A DNA stretch of 56,753 nt, filler included, from Dugesia japonica (GCA_001938525.1; 5 parts of 5 records of this genome joined end to end with filler, not necessarily neighbours in it); one strand, 5' to 3'; counted from the first letter of the whole stretch, positions 39,700-51,624 are shown. The notes: a model not told the origin generated them from the letters alone. Program-made: numbers and translations.

Positions 39700-40624
39700 T
39701 TAATTCCTAATTAATTCCTTGTTTTAATTAATTATCTTGTCCTAATTAATTCCTTGTCCTAATTAATTCCTTGTCCTAATTAATTATCTTGTCCTAATTA
39801 ATTCCTTGTTTTAATTAATTCCTTGTTTTAATTAATTATCTTGTCCTAATTAATTCCTTGTCCTAATTAATTCCTTGTCCTAATTAATTCCTTGTCCTAA
39901 TTAATTCCTTGTCCTAATCAATGCCTTGTCCTAATCAATTCCTTGTCCTAATCAATTCCTTGTCCTAATTAATTCCTTGTCCTAATCAATTCCTTTTCCT
40001 AATTAATTCCTTGTCCTAATTAATTCCTTGTCCTAATTAATTCCTTGTCCTAATCAATGCCTTGTCCTAATCAATTCCTTGTCCTAATCAATTCCTTGTC
40101 CTAATTAATTCCTTGTCCTAATTAATTATCTTGTCCTAATCAATGCCTTGTCCTAATTAATTTCTTGTCCTAATCAATTCCTTGTCCTAATTAATTTCTT
40201 GTCCTAATTAATTTCTTCTCCTAATTAATTATCTTGTTCTAATTAATTATCTTGTCCTAATTAATTTCTTGTCCTAATTAGTTTCTTGTCCTAATTAATT
40301 TCTTGTCCTAATTAATTATCTTGTCCTAATTAATTATCTTGTTCTAATTAATTATCTTGTCCTAATTAATTTCTTGTCCTAATTAATTTCTTGTCCTAAT
40401 TAATTATCTTGTTCTAATCAATTCCTTTTCCTAATTAATTCCTTGTTCTAATAAATTCCTTGTCCTAATTAATTATCTTGTCCTAATTAATTCCTTGTTC
40501 TAATTAATTATCTTGTTCTAATTAATTATCTTGTCCTAATTAATTTCTTTTTCTAATTAATTATCTTGTTCTAATTAATTATCTTGTCCTAATTAATTTC
40601 TTGTCCTAATTAATTTCTTGTCCT
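39700..40624. repeat. 17/18-bp minisatellite (TTGTCCTAATTAATTCC / TTGTCCTAATTAATTATC), ~50 copies
   Basis: Direct tandem array running into a gap. Confidence 0.97.
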
Positions 40625-40798
40625 NNNNNNNNNNNNNNNNNNNNNNNNNNNNNNNNNNNNNNNNNNNNTTAATTAATTAANNNNNNNNNNNNNNNNNNNN
40701 NNNNNNNNNNNNNNNNNNNNNNNNTTAATTTAAGAGAAAACATTTAGTTGGTTTTGGATGCTTAAATTTCTGATTCTTGATATATAAACTGTATTTTA

Positions 40799-41167
40799 AT
40801 GCACTCATCTTTAAACCGATCACAAGCCCCAACGAAAAATTTACGCGAGGATAGCGAGGATAGAGAGATCACCTGGGACCTATATAAATTGGCCAAAAGG
40901 TGTTGGGAGGCAGAAATGGCCACCGCGAACGCTAAAGTAAGGCGGTACAAAGCCAAATGCATAAATGTCCGCGACGAAATGAAGCTATTCCAGGATCAAG
41001 AGCGGTTCTGGAAAGCCCAGGTGGAATCCTTCGCTGAAATTATCCGGTTCAGCCATAACCGCGAGAATAAACTGGTTAAAGATATTCTTGTTTTAAAGAA
41101 AAAATCTTATTTGGAGCCCCTTATGATTGACAAGGGCACTCAAACTAAACTTATCCCCCACGGTTGA
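40799..41167 (+). CDS. LTR-borne coiled-coil protein ORF-X (122 aa), unknown function
   Basis: HSSLNRS..P.K..RE.S.D.E.TWDLY.LAKR.WEAE.ATA...QVESFAE.IR..H..ENKLV.DIL...LEPLMI.KGTQT is shared with 50975-51342. Confidence 0.75.
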   Translation: MHSSLNRSQAPTKNLREDSEDREITWDLYKLAKRCWEAEMATANAKVRRYKAKCINVRDEMKLFQDQERFWKAQVESFAEIIRFSHNRENKLVKDILVLKKKSYLEPLMIDKGTQTKLIPHG

Positions 41168-41295
41168 TATTTTAAAAAATATATGCATTTTTCTGTTGAT
41201 TGGTATTAAATTTTATTGTTATTTCTTGGTTTAGTTCATTGTTAATTGTGATTTTGTTACGCTTCACTTTACCTTGTTGATTTTCATATATTTTA

Positions 41296-41679
41296 GTGCC
41301 ACGCATTCATTTCCCGAATAACCTTAGAAGATGTCATCGCAATATGCGGTGTCTTCTTCTGGAAAGTCACCTAAAACGTAAGGCTGACAGAGCCATATTA
41401 AAACACCTGGCGCAACGAGATCAGTTAATAAAAAAATTAGACATCATCATAAAGAAACAAAACGACCTTGCCACCCAGACCAAGGCATTAGAAGCCGAAA
41501 CGAAACAATTACTGTAGCGAAAAATCGACTTCTTGAAGCAGTATATCGCGGATCGGTCCCGACAAATTGGCAATCCCATTGTAGCGCCATGGCACGACAG
41601 CGATGATATAGCTGCTTTCAACCTCGTAGTAACGTCCCCTGATCAGTGGTTGGATCCGGGAGCTTTGGATTTACTTTAA
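41296..41679 (+). pseudogene. LTR-borne ORF-Y (~127 codons, one premature stop at 41515-41517)
   Basis: TTTTAG|TG acceptor; PRIHFPNNLRRCHR...KIDFLKQYIADRSRQIG...DDIAAF...PDQWLDPGALDLL*, homologous to copies B and C. Confidence 0.75.
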
Positions 41680-41926
41680 ATACGTTTATTTCGAATAAAA
41701 TATTTGTAATCAGAATTGTATTTTTTTTTGAACAATAATAGGGAAAATACAGAACCCGAAATCAAAGGTTTATCGGTGAGTACCTTCCATTAAGAGTAAA
41801 GTCAACCGCCATAAACTGAAAACCTACCACAGGGACGGTAGGGTAAATTCTTGAAAGGGTTCCCCTGAGGGCTGTTTTTCCCCAGCCACCTTTTTTCGTA
41901 GCGCGACTCAGGTGGAACCCCAACAC

Positions 41927-42853
41927 CTTGTTTAACTGAAAATTAGTATAATAATTTTTTGTAAAGTACTTAATTTTTTTTTAAATACTTTAGCTGTATA
42001 GAAGATTGTGGTTATTTGGTTGTTGATGATGATTTCTTTTTTTATATATATTTTGCTAAGTTCAGGGGTCCTTTTATAGGATTTTCTCATACACCCCGGC
42101 ATCATTCCTATTGGTTTTTTATTTTTAGTTTGAAATCACGGATTTTCATTGGCGTTGGTGCCACTTTTCTGAAATTTCGTGGAGTTTTTTGTGATTCCGT
42201 TGGCAGTTATTTTTGGATCATCAGGTGATCTTTTGTTCTTTGTTATATTTTTATTTTTAGATCNNNNNNNNNNNNNNNNNNNNNNNNNNNNNNNNNNNNN
42301 NNNNNNNNNNNNNTGGATCATCAGGTGATCTTTTGTTCTTTGTTATATTTTTATTTTTAGATCTCCTATTGGTCCGATCTTGGGGACTTGGCAGCAACCC
42401 TCTGGAAGGTGGTAGGCTTTTCTTCTTAGTAATTTTAACTGCATCTTGATATTTTCTTATCCTGCTTCTTTCTGATTTCTCTGAGTGAAATTATTCAGAT
42501 AAAACGAATTTTTTGTTAATTTCGCTTCTTTTTTTATTTAAAATTAATTAATATTTTTCTTCTGTTAATTGATTGCTTTCATACTGATTTTCTTGGTTTT
42601 TATTATTATTTAATAATTCTTCTCAATTCCGATACCGATATAGGTTGCTTTATAACACTTAGTTCGTTGAACCCACCTTCGATGGTATTTTATTCTTCTT
42701 TACTGATTATTTCCGTTACAATCTTTCCAAATTATAATCGCTTTCTTCTTTTGAATTCCATTACAAGTAAATTTACAGGTTCTAATGTTCTTCTTTGCCG
42801 ATTCTGGATTTTTTGGTCTTATTACCTTTCTTCAGGGGTGTTTCACTCCAACA
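41927..42853 (-). mobile_element. Solo-LTR-like element, 5' (promoter) part (copy F), abutted by copy A
   Basis: rc terminus TGTTGGAGTGAAACACCCC; purine-rich start, several CCAAT boxes, TATATAAA at ~42041. Confidence 0.7.
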
Positions 42854-43939
42854 TATATATAACATATAAATAACAAGAATTTTTTAAAGGTGACTGCGCA
42901 GCAACTTCACATTATATTATAGATGAACACTTAGAAAAATTATCAATTGAATTAGGAGACTATATTATTAACAACAGAAAACGATCACGATTAGAATTAA
43001 TATTTTTTAGTTCAAAATTTACATCATTATTCGAATCACAGAAAGTATCAAACACCACCGAAGTTTTCAGTTTATTTTATTTGCCACTGATTATTCCCTG
43101 GCTTCATATATTCAACTTTTTTGCTGGACTTAAATAATTAATGTTATTGTTTCAAGGTGTTGGGTATTTCAACTCAACAAAAATATTTTATGGTTCGTAT
43201 TTGATACTAGTAATAAAATAAATAATTTGTTTGTGATTTTACGGGTGTTGATTTTATCCTTGTGTATTTGTCAATACTATACTATATAATCAATATTTGA
43301 TGATGTAAATAGAGTTATATAGTGTGAATTACCTTATATAAATAAATAAATAAACAATTGTAAAAGTACCCTTTATTTGTTATGTATAAACAAATATTCT
43401 TATATATTAACACCTTATTAGCTCAATTTAATTTGACAGAAGACTGCTGCCAGAAGAGTTTAGAGTCTCTGCAAATGAGAATAGTCTGAAAAAATAATAA
43501 TTCTAATCAATATTTATAATGAATTTGATACACATATGTGCCTATAAGCACCATTCAAATCTACTTAATATTTCAAAAAATATTTCACACAGAAATAAAA
43601 ATAAAATCCACCTGCTTGCAAATTTTCACAAAAAAATAAAATAATAAATGTTTTTTTACTCACAAAAGTAAAATAATAAATTTTTGGATCAGGATTTTCA
43701 AAATGTGTAAATTAAAATCAGAATTATAATTGAATTGCAACATATAGTTAAATTAGCACAATGCTTTCTAATTGATTGATGATTGATTGGGTTGTTCTTC
43801 GAATATTGGCTTGAATCTGATGATTGAACTGTGTTGTTATTATATTTGCCTGTTACGTTATGTTCTGTGTGTTGGTGATTCTCAACAAAGGTATCAATTC
43901 GTTTCATTAGGTCGACGTGACTTTACGTTATTAATTTAT

Positions 43940-44380
43940 TGTTCATTATCTTTCAATAACTCATTTTAGTTAGCTCCTCATTAATAATTCGATTTTGATT
44001 AAATCTATTCAATAGGCCATTTTAGTAATTACTCTATGGATTCTATGTTGATAGACTCTACAATAATTTATTGTAGTAACTTCTTTATTAATTTAATGTT
44101 GATAAATAATTTTTAATCAATCATTCCAGTAACTTCATTCATTCTATGCCGATTAATTCTCTTTAATAATTATTTTTAGCGATCATCCTTTTATAATTCA
44201 ATGTTAATTCATTCTCTTTAATAATTCGATGTTGATTTATCCATAATTCATTGTAGTAACTTCTCTTTCAGTTAAGCGTTAATTAAATCCAATAATTTAT
44301 TTTAGTAACCTCTTCTTAATAATTCACTGTTGAATTATTCTCTTCTATAATTCAATGTAATAACTTCACCATTAATTTGT
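43940..44380. repeat. Degenerate tandem repeat with recurring TAATAATTC..TGTTGAT and TTGTAGTAACTTC units
   Basis: (G)TAGTAACT recurs at ~44022, 44073, 44128, 44253, 44302 and 44357. Confidence 0.7.
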
Positions 44381-44764
44381 TAGAGCTTCTAATCAGCAGA
44401 TTAAAGGCTCTAACAATGACAATAAACTTAATTTGAAATTATTTTTGTTTTATTGATTTTAGTTGTGCTAATATATATATATATATATATATATACTAAT
44501 AAAAAGAAACAAAAAAATTTAAAAAATTTTACAAAAAATGGGGGTTCCCCATGATTCATCACCCCCTATAAAAATTTTCGAAGGTGCCCAATGACTCACC
44601 AACCCCAAAAATTCGGCGATGCCTCATCAAGGGGTGGAGCATTCCCTTCGAGGGACCCTGATTTGGTGCGCTCATATCTACCTACTACTAGACACTATAT
44701 AAATGTGTATATATATATATATATTTTACCCTTATAAAATATAATAATTCGTACTTTGTAATAC

Positions 44765-45880
44765 TGTTATGGTTCCACCTGAGTTACGGTTAGAAAAAAT
44801 ATGGCTAGGGGAAAAGACAGCCTTCAGGGGACCCCTTGATAAATTTACCTAACGTACCTAGTTAGGTTTTCGGCGTGAAGTTGTCGACTCTCATCGCCTA
44901 TTTAGAATTCACACTTGCACACCTTTTATTCGGGTTCTCTATTCCTCTTAATTCATAAGAAACGAAATTAAATAAGAAAATATTTATTCAGCTAAAATCA
45001 AAGGCCCCTAGATCTAGCCATTTGCAGGGCGCGTCTCGTAAAGTCGAACGCGGCCTCGTCGTCTTCACTATGCCATGGTGACCAGTCTTCAATCTCGAGG
45101 CGGGAAGATAGATCCGCGATAACCCTTCAGAAAGTTATTTTTATTAATTAGGATTAGATTCGCGCGACTCGCCAGCTCCATTTGCTTTTTAATAATGAGC
45201 TGCACTTTCTTTATTTTTTGGTTTTGGTGCCTTAAGTGGCTGATAAGCGCTCGCTCAACGCTTAGAGTAACGACGTTCGAGGAGAAATTTCTGGATAAGC
45301 CTATAGCATCTCCTAAGACTTGTAGGTAATCTTAGCCTTGTAACTAAACAGTGTAAAACAATCAAGTTAAAATTTAAAAACAGATTAGAAAATATAACTA
45401 TTTTATTAACAAGACAAATTAAGCTCTTTCACCATACAGTGAAAAAAGTGACATCAAAAGTGACAATTTCAAGAGCGAGGTATCTGTGTTGTTTTATCAA
45501 CCATGAGTGGTTGCAAAAGAATGCGATCGCGCATCCCTACCAAATCAGTTACCAGTTTATTTTCACGGTCGTGGGGGACCGGATTACGACAGCGAGTTAT
45601 TCCAACTGTTGCTTCCATATGCGTTCATGGACATGGGAAGCTTCGGCCTATAAACGGTGTTCTCGACAACAAGACTTATCACGGCTCAACTTGGCTTCAG
45701 CAATAGCAATCTCGGCCTCCCACTTCCTTTTAGATAGCCAATATANNNNNNNNNNNNNNNNNNNNNNNNNNNNNNNNNNNNNNNNNNNNNNNNNNNNNNN
45801 NNNNNNNNNNNNNNNNNNNNNNNNNNNNNNNNNNNNNNNNNNNAGATAATGCAAGCAATGGGTATTTTTAATCAAGACTA
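44765..45880 (-). mobile_element. Solo-LTR-like element, 3' part (copy B, more divergent)
   Basis: rc terminus CTCAGGTGGAACCATAACA; frameshifted ORF-Y (LPTSLRRCYR...PWHSEDDEAAFDF...WLDLGAFDF) and ORF-X (YWLSKRKWEAEIAIA). Confidence 0.85.
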
Positions 45881-45939
45881 TTTAATAGGTTTTTAAAATA
45901 AAACTTAAAACTAAATAAAAAATAACTAAATTTAAAATA

Positions 45940-46410
45940 ATATGTTTTAAAAGCAAAAGATCAGAATTGTTGTTCTTATTTTATTCATTTTTCAATATAT
46001 CGGTTATGCATTCTTCAGGAATAATAGTTCAGTAAATTCTGATTATAAACTTTGAAATAGCAATTAAAATTAAATTCATTTGATTAAATTCAATTTTCAT
46101 TGGATATTATAACTTCGAATTCATTGAAAATATTTTTTATGGTTAATTGTTTGCCAACATTAAAATAAATCGTATTTTTTACAAAAAAATTTTAAAAAAT
46201 TTAATCACTGATCTGTGAAAATAACTAAATAAACAATTTTATTTTAAAAAAAATGTTTAAAAAGCAAAAGATCAGAATTGTTGTTCTTTTCTTCATTTTT
46301 CAATATTTCGGCTATACCTTCATAAAAAATAGTTCAGTAAATAAAATTTAATCAGATGAATTTAATTTTAATTTCTATTTCAAAATTTATAATCAGAATT
46401 TACTTAAAAT
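45940..46410. repeat. Direct repeat (TGTTTTAAAAGCAAAAGATCAGAATTGTTG...) plus an inverted segment; possibly a Penelope pLTR remnant
   Basis: 45940-46040 matches 46253-46340; 46035-46090 is inverted at 46345-46405. Confidence 0.7.
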
Positions 46411-46906
46411 TACTTAAAAGAAAATTTTTTAAAGATTTTTTCTCAAGGTAACGTGACTTATCAATGTCTTCGTTAAACTTGCATTCTAACTGCAGGTCTC
46501 TGCTTATTTTTTTCCCTATACACATAAACATAGTAACAAATTAAAGACGACCCAATTATAATATAATATGAATGATTAAATATTATTATAAACAAATTCT
46601 CATTCCCTTTTTTACGAATTAAAATAAAAATGAATCCGGATCAATTTGAAATGGAGGTACGCTGTCGCAGATACGTGCATTAAGCAAGCAGTTGAAACAT
46701 TTTTGAGAAAAATTTTTAGAGAAAAATTTGTAGGAAAAAGGAACGATAAAATACAAATCAAAACTTCCAACAATATGGAAAAATACAGGGGGTATCTTTA
46801 CGTTGAACTATAAGAAGTATTTGAAAACATGCAAGGTGGCAAGAAGAACGAAAATCGATAAATGATATCCATTAAACAATCGGGTTAACTTAATTTAATT
46901 CATGAT

Positions 46907-47886
46907 TTGAACAATATTGAAAATCAAACCACATCTGAAAAGATTCAAAGAAATTTGGTAAAGTTAGCAATGAATGGTAAAATTTTAATTGGGGGTTCTA
47001 TTGTAAATGAAAATTCTATTGTAAATGAAAATATAAGCAATCAGACTCCTCGCTTCATATTATCAAATGAACTTCGTGCCAAGGAAGTTTTCAAAGAATA
47101 TAGACAACTAAAACATTTTCTAAAAGTAATAATAATTGACAAGGATGAAACTTGGGGTTGTGATATTATAGATTTGGTTAAAAAAATCAACCGAGGGTTA
47201 TAGATATATTTTAGTTTGTATAGACTTGTATACAAGATTTGGTTTATTGTATTCCAATGAAAAATAAAAATCAAGAATCTTTAAAAAAAGCTTATGAAAA
47301 TATATTTGAAGAAAATAATAGAATTCCAAATAATATTTTGTTTGATAAAGAATATGCTATTAAAAGTAAATCCATGGATAAATTTTTTAAGGAAAAAAAT
47401 ATTAATTTGTATCATACTGAAAATGAGGGTAAATCAGTTTTTGCAGAAAGATATATTAGAACTCTAAAAAATAAAATATGGAAATATTTTACATTAACAG
47501 GAAATCAAAAATGGGATAATAATTTATTACAAAAAATTGTAAATGAATATAATAATACAATTCATAGTTCTATTAAAACAACACCAAAAGAAGCATCTGA
47601 AAATTCAAATGTAATAAAAGAAATTATTAATAAACATAATAATGCTATTAAATATGAATTAGGGTCAATGTCATTTAAACAGAAATTTAAAATTGTGGAT
47701 AGAGTTAGAATTTTCAAATATAAATACAAATTTGAAAAAGGATTTACAGCCAAATGGACAAGTGAAATATTTATTGTTACAAAGTTCTACAAAACAAAAC
47801 CATTTACATATGGAATTACTGATTTGGATAATGAAAAGATTCTAGGTAGATTTTATGATAATGAGCTTCAGAAAACAGTTTTATAA
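46907..47886 (+). pseudogene. Polinton-type (c-)integrase, frameshifted near 47200-47240
   Basis: DETWGCDIIDL, YILVCIDLYTR, ILFDKE, KSVFAERYIRTLK, YNNTIHSSIKTTP, FEKGFTAKWTSEIF, GRFYDNELQK. Confidence 0.93.
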
Positions 47887-47907
47887 ATTTAAAATTAAAA
47901 AATAAAA

Positions 47908-48024
47908 ATGGGAAATACACAAAATAAAAATGAAGATGTAAAACAAGATGAAAAACAAGATGTAAATGAAAATAAAAAACCCAAAACATTTTGGAAATGG
48001 TTAATTACTGATACTTCTGAATAA
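47908..48024 (+). CDS. 38-aa Polinton micro-ORF with N-terminal MG
   Basis: AAAAATG context; MGNTQNKNEDVKQDEKQDVNENKKPKTFWKWLITDTSE*. Confidence 0.5.
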   Translation: MGNTQNKNEDVKQDEKQDVNENKKPKTFWKWLITDTSE

Positions 48025-48189
48025 ATGACAAGATAACAAGAAATAAAAGAAATGGAAGAAATTCAATTTTTAAAAAATAATTTAAATTCAATAAATCAGA
48101 GTATGACAAATTTGGTTTTATTAAATTGGGCTATTTCTAAATTAAATTAAAATTTTTTTATAGAGTGTTTCAAATAGTTTATATACAAA

Positions 48190-48964
48190 ATGTTTAATAA
48201 TATAAATCAAGCTCTTTCGGGGCATAAACAAGAACCACTAATATGGAAAAATAATACTAGTAAATTTAAACATGAAATTTTCCCATCACAATTTAGATGT
48301 TTAATTATTGGGTCATCTGGTTGTGGGAAAAATGAATTATTATTAAGAATGTTATTAACTCCAAATTTTATAGATTATAATAATTTAATTTTATTTTCTA
48401 CAACAATTAACCAATTTGAAATTCAATTATTAAATTATGGATTTGAAGCAGTATTAACCAAACAAGATTTGTTGTTTATATTTGAAAAACAACATTTGGT
48501 TCCAGATGGTACTCCACAAGAAATCATTAAATGGTTTATAGATAAAAAGTACAGATTGCAGGGATAAAATTCAAATTACAATTAGTAATAAACCTAGTGA
48601 AATTATACCTTGTGATAAATTACCAAATTTTAAAAATTTGATTATTTTCGATGTCGTAAATGAAAAAAATCAACAGATTCAAAAATCTTATTTTACTCGA
48701 GGAAAACATAATAATTGTAATGTTATTTACATTTCACAAACTTATTATGATTTGGATTAAAACAGTATAAGAAATAATAGTAATTGTTTCATATTTTTTA
48801 AACTAGGTAAACGAGATAAGGATAATGTTTATCATGATTTGTTTAGTAATATTTTTTATAATAAAGATGAATATGATTTTGAAACAAAACATCATTGGAA
48901 AACAAAATATAATTATTTTTATTTGGATAGAGAAAAAGAAGTCTTCATGGATAATTTGTTTTGA
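48190..48964 (+). pseudogene. A32/FtsK-like DNA packaging ATPase, frameshifted
   Basis: RCLIIGSSGCGK Walker A, LIIFD Walker B (~48640), YFTRGKHNNCNVIYISQ motif. Confidence 0.92.
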
Positions 48965-49009
48965 TGTTTATCTACAATTGCAATGAAATTAAAAATGAAA
49001 TTGTAATTA

Positions 49010-49598
49010 ATGGAATTAAATTCGAATCATTAACAAAAATATAACAAACAAGTATCAAATTTCTTCAACCTTAAAACCTGTGTTGTCTGAAAATTTAAAT
49101 AAATTTAGTATAAATAAATCACGAATATCTCTTGTTGTAAAAGATGACAAAAAATATTTTTATATACATCATTTAAATAAATTTGTTCCATTTGATGATG
49201 AAATTTTAAAATTAATGTTTGGTCATGGTTCAGATGATTCAAAAGCTAGAAAAATTTATTTGAATGAATTTGATATAATATTTTATAAATCAAATTATTT
49301 AAATGCATGTAAACAAGATTTGTCATTTAATAAATATTTTAAATCAAAAGAAGATGTTGAAAATAAAGATGAACATGAAAATAAAAATGATGTTGAAAAT
49401 AAAAATGAACATGAAAATAAAAATGTTAAACAAGGAAATTCCATTAAACTATTTGAAGATTTGGTTAGATTAATTTCGGCCCAAAAAGCAGGACATACAA
49501 ATTTAGATAATGAAATTAAAAATGTGACTGGTGAATTATTAAATAGAAATTTAATAACAAGAGATAAATATGATAAATATAATATTAAGAAAGCTTAG
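49010..49598 (+). CDS. Polinton hypothetical protein
   Basis: Long ORF; the C-terminus LISAQKAGHTNLDNEIKNVTGELL resembles the AGN...NEI...EL motif I recall from uncharacterised Polinton proteins. Confidence 0.65.
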
Positions 49599-49746
49599 TT
49601 TATTGATGTTGTAAATTTACTTTTTAAATAACAATTTACATTTACAATAACAATTTACATTTTCAATAATAATTTACATTTACAACATCAATTATAAATT
49701 ATTATTGAAAATCTAATCAACCAAGCTCAGGCTTTGTTTAATAAAA

Positions 49747-50224
49747 ATGTCTCATCAATTTTTAATATTTGGTAATGAAAATAATTTGGAATTAAATTTA
49801 ACAACTGCTTTAAAATTACAAAGAGAATATGAAATTGGTTTAATTTGGTTTTCTACTTATAACATGATTTTTAACATTACAACTAAAAATAACAAGTATA
49901 CAATAAATAATGTAATAAAAACAATTACACCAGGTTCTTATGAAATTAAACATTTGGCTGAAAAGTTGGTTCCAGAAATTATACTAACTTGTGATGTTTC
50001 TACTAGAAAAAATGTAATTGAATTGAAAGAGAAATTAACATTTGAAACTACTAGTTTTTTTAATACAGTTTTGGGATTTGAAGTAAAGGAATATAAACCC
50101 ACAAAATATGAATCTCTAAATAAAGTAAACATTATAAATATAAATTCAATGAATATTACTTGTAATCTGGTTCAAGGTAATTATTTAAATTCTAGTGAAT
50201 ACAATATTTTACATTCTTTACCTT
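49747..50224 (+). pseudogene. Minor capsid (penton) gene, 5' part
   Basis: Beta-rich; YEIGL...YNMIFNIT..NN, PGSYEI, LGF, ITCNLVQGNYLN...ILHS pattern of Polinton pentons. Confidence 0.8.
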
Positions 50225-50464
50225 TGTTGGGGTCCCACCAGAGTTGAATGAAGATGTTTGTGGCTGGGGAAAAACAGCTCTCAGGGGAACCCCTTCAAGA
50301 ATTTGACCTAACGCCCCTAGGTTAGGTATTCAGCTTATGGTGGTTGACCCCTCACTTAATGGGAGATGCACGCCCACAAACCTTTGTATTTGGGTTCATT
50401 ATTTTCCATATACTTACACAAAGATTTAAGATAATGATATTTACAACATTTATTAAAATGACAA

Positions 50465-50864
50465 TTATAATTCGTCTAGCACGCCAGGGTCTAGCCACTG
50501 GTCTGGGTCGGGCATTAAAAAATGGAAGGCCGCGACATCATCACTGCCGTCCCATTGGACCCAAGTTGGCTGCCCCATCTGGCGGGAAAGGTCGGCGATG
50601 TACTGTTTCAAGAAATCTATTTTCCTTAACAGTATTTGCTTGGTCTCGGCCTTGGTTTGGTTTGCCAACTCATTTGGCAAAATGAGTTGGTTTGCCAACT
50701 CTGTTTTTTAACTGTCAAATCCAATTTTTTTATTAATCGATCCCGCTGAGTCAGATGTCTAAGAAGGGCCCGGTCTGTTTTATGCTTTTAATGGCACTCC
50801 ACCAACAGACGGCGCATGATACGATGGCATCGGTGGAGACTCTTAGGGAAATTGATACGAGGCA
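50465..50864 (-). pseudogene. LTR-borne ORF-Y (premature stop and small duplication)
   Basis: TTTTTAG|TG acceptor; PRINFPKSLHRCHR...KIDFLKQYIADLSRQMG...PDQWLDPGVLDEL*; AATAAA follows. Confidence 0.75.
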
Positions 50865-50974
50865 CTAAAAGAGATTTTGATTATTATAGGGTAACTTGAC
50901 GCAAGAATTTAAATGAAACCTTAAGATAAATTCGTAAGAAAATTTTAGACAACACATTTATTTACAATGAAAAA

Positions 50975-51342
50975 CTAATGCAATTTAGTTCCAGGGGTCT
51001 GAGTGCCCTTCTCGATCATCAACGGTTCGAGGGGTATACGTGTTCGGAGATGTAAGATATCATCGACTAGTTTATTTTCAAGGTCATGGTCGGACCGGAT
51101 AACTTCAGCAAAGGATTCAACCTGTCTTTTCCAGGTTCGTTCCTGCAGGTGGGAGGCCTCGGCTTCTTTCCCGAGAGCGATACATTTTTTCCTATATCTA
51201 GTCATCTTACTATAGGCAGTGGCTATCTCGGCCTCCCATCGGCGTTTTGCAAGTCGATATAGGTCCCACGTGAGCTCTATATCTTTGCTGGGTTCCCTCA
51301 TCGATTTGGAAGGAGCTGTGGAACGATTTAGCGACGAATGCA
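50975..51342 (-). CDS. LTR-borne ORF-X (intact coiled-coil protein)
   Basis: CTTTTAG|TG acceptor; homologous to 40799-41167; stop followed by AATAAA. Confidence 0.75.
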
Positions 51343-51624
51343 CTAAAAGAATTTGTAAACCATCAAACATCATAAAATGAACTATTATTTCTACGACGAA
51401 TATTTCATGGTGTATTTACAACAAAAAAAAATATATAAAAATTTCTTTTGTAAAGAACGTCTAATGAAAACAATTTGGAGACAACAGAATTATTTTATTG
51501 CAACCTACACAAAGTGCATAAACCCTTAAGGGGTGCTTGTAGAGTTCGAGGCCGGTGCGGAATTCTCAGAGTCCTCGCTACCCGAGTGCTCTTTTACTTC
51601 CCAGAGCAAATTATTGATGAATGT

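Larger units (their letters stand above)
40725..41926 (+). mobile_element. Solo-LTR-like element, 3' part (copy A)
   Basis: Two ORFs homologous to copies B and C, AATAAA at ~41694, conserved 3' module, ends GGTGGAACCCCAACA. Confidence 0.9.

Noticed and set aside
39700-40624. Possible CRISPR-like array
   Set aside because: Head-to-tail units with no unique spacers and no cas genes; eukaryotic context.
45988-46022. Hammerhead-like CTGAAGA...GAAA on the minus strand (also ~6258-6280)
   Set aside because: The stems are too degenerate to call a ribozyme.
51330-51350. Idea that a spliced-leader AUG or an A|TG junction supplies the start codon of ORF-X/Y
   Set aside because: A leader ending in AUG would be out of frame (ATG TGC ATT CGT CGC TAA), and copy B has AG|TT, which favours a phase-1 Val codon from an upstream exon.
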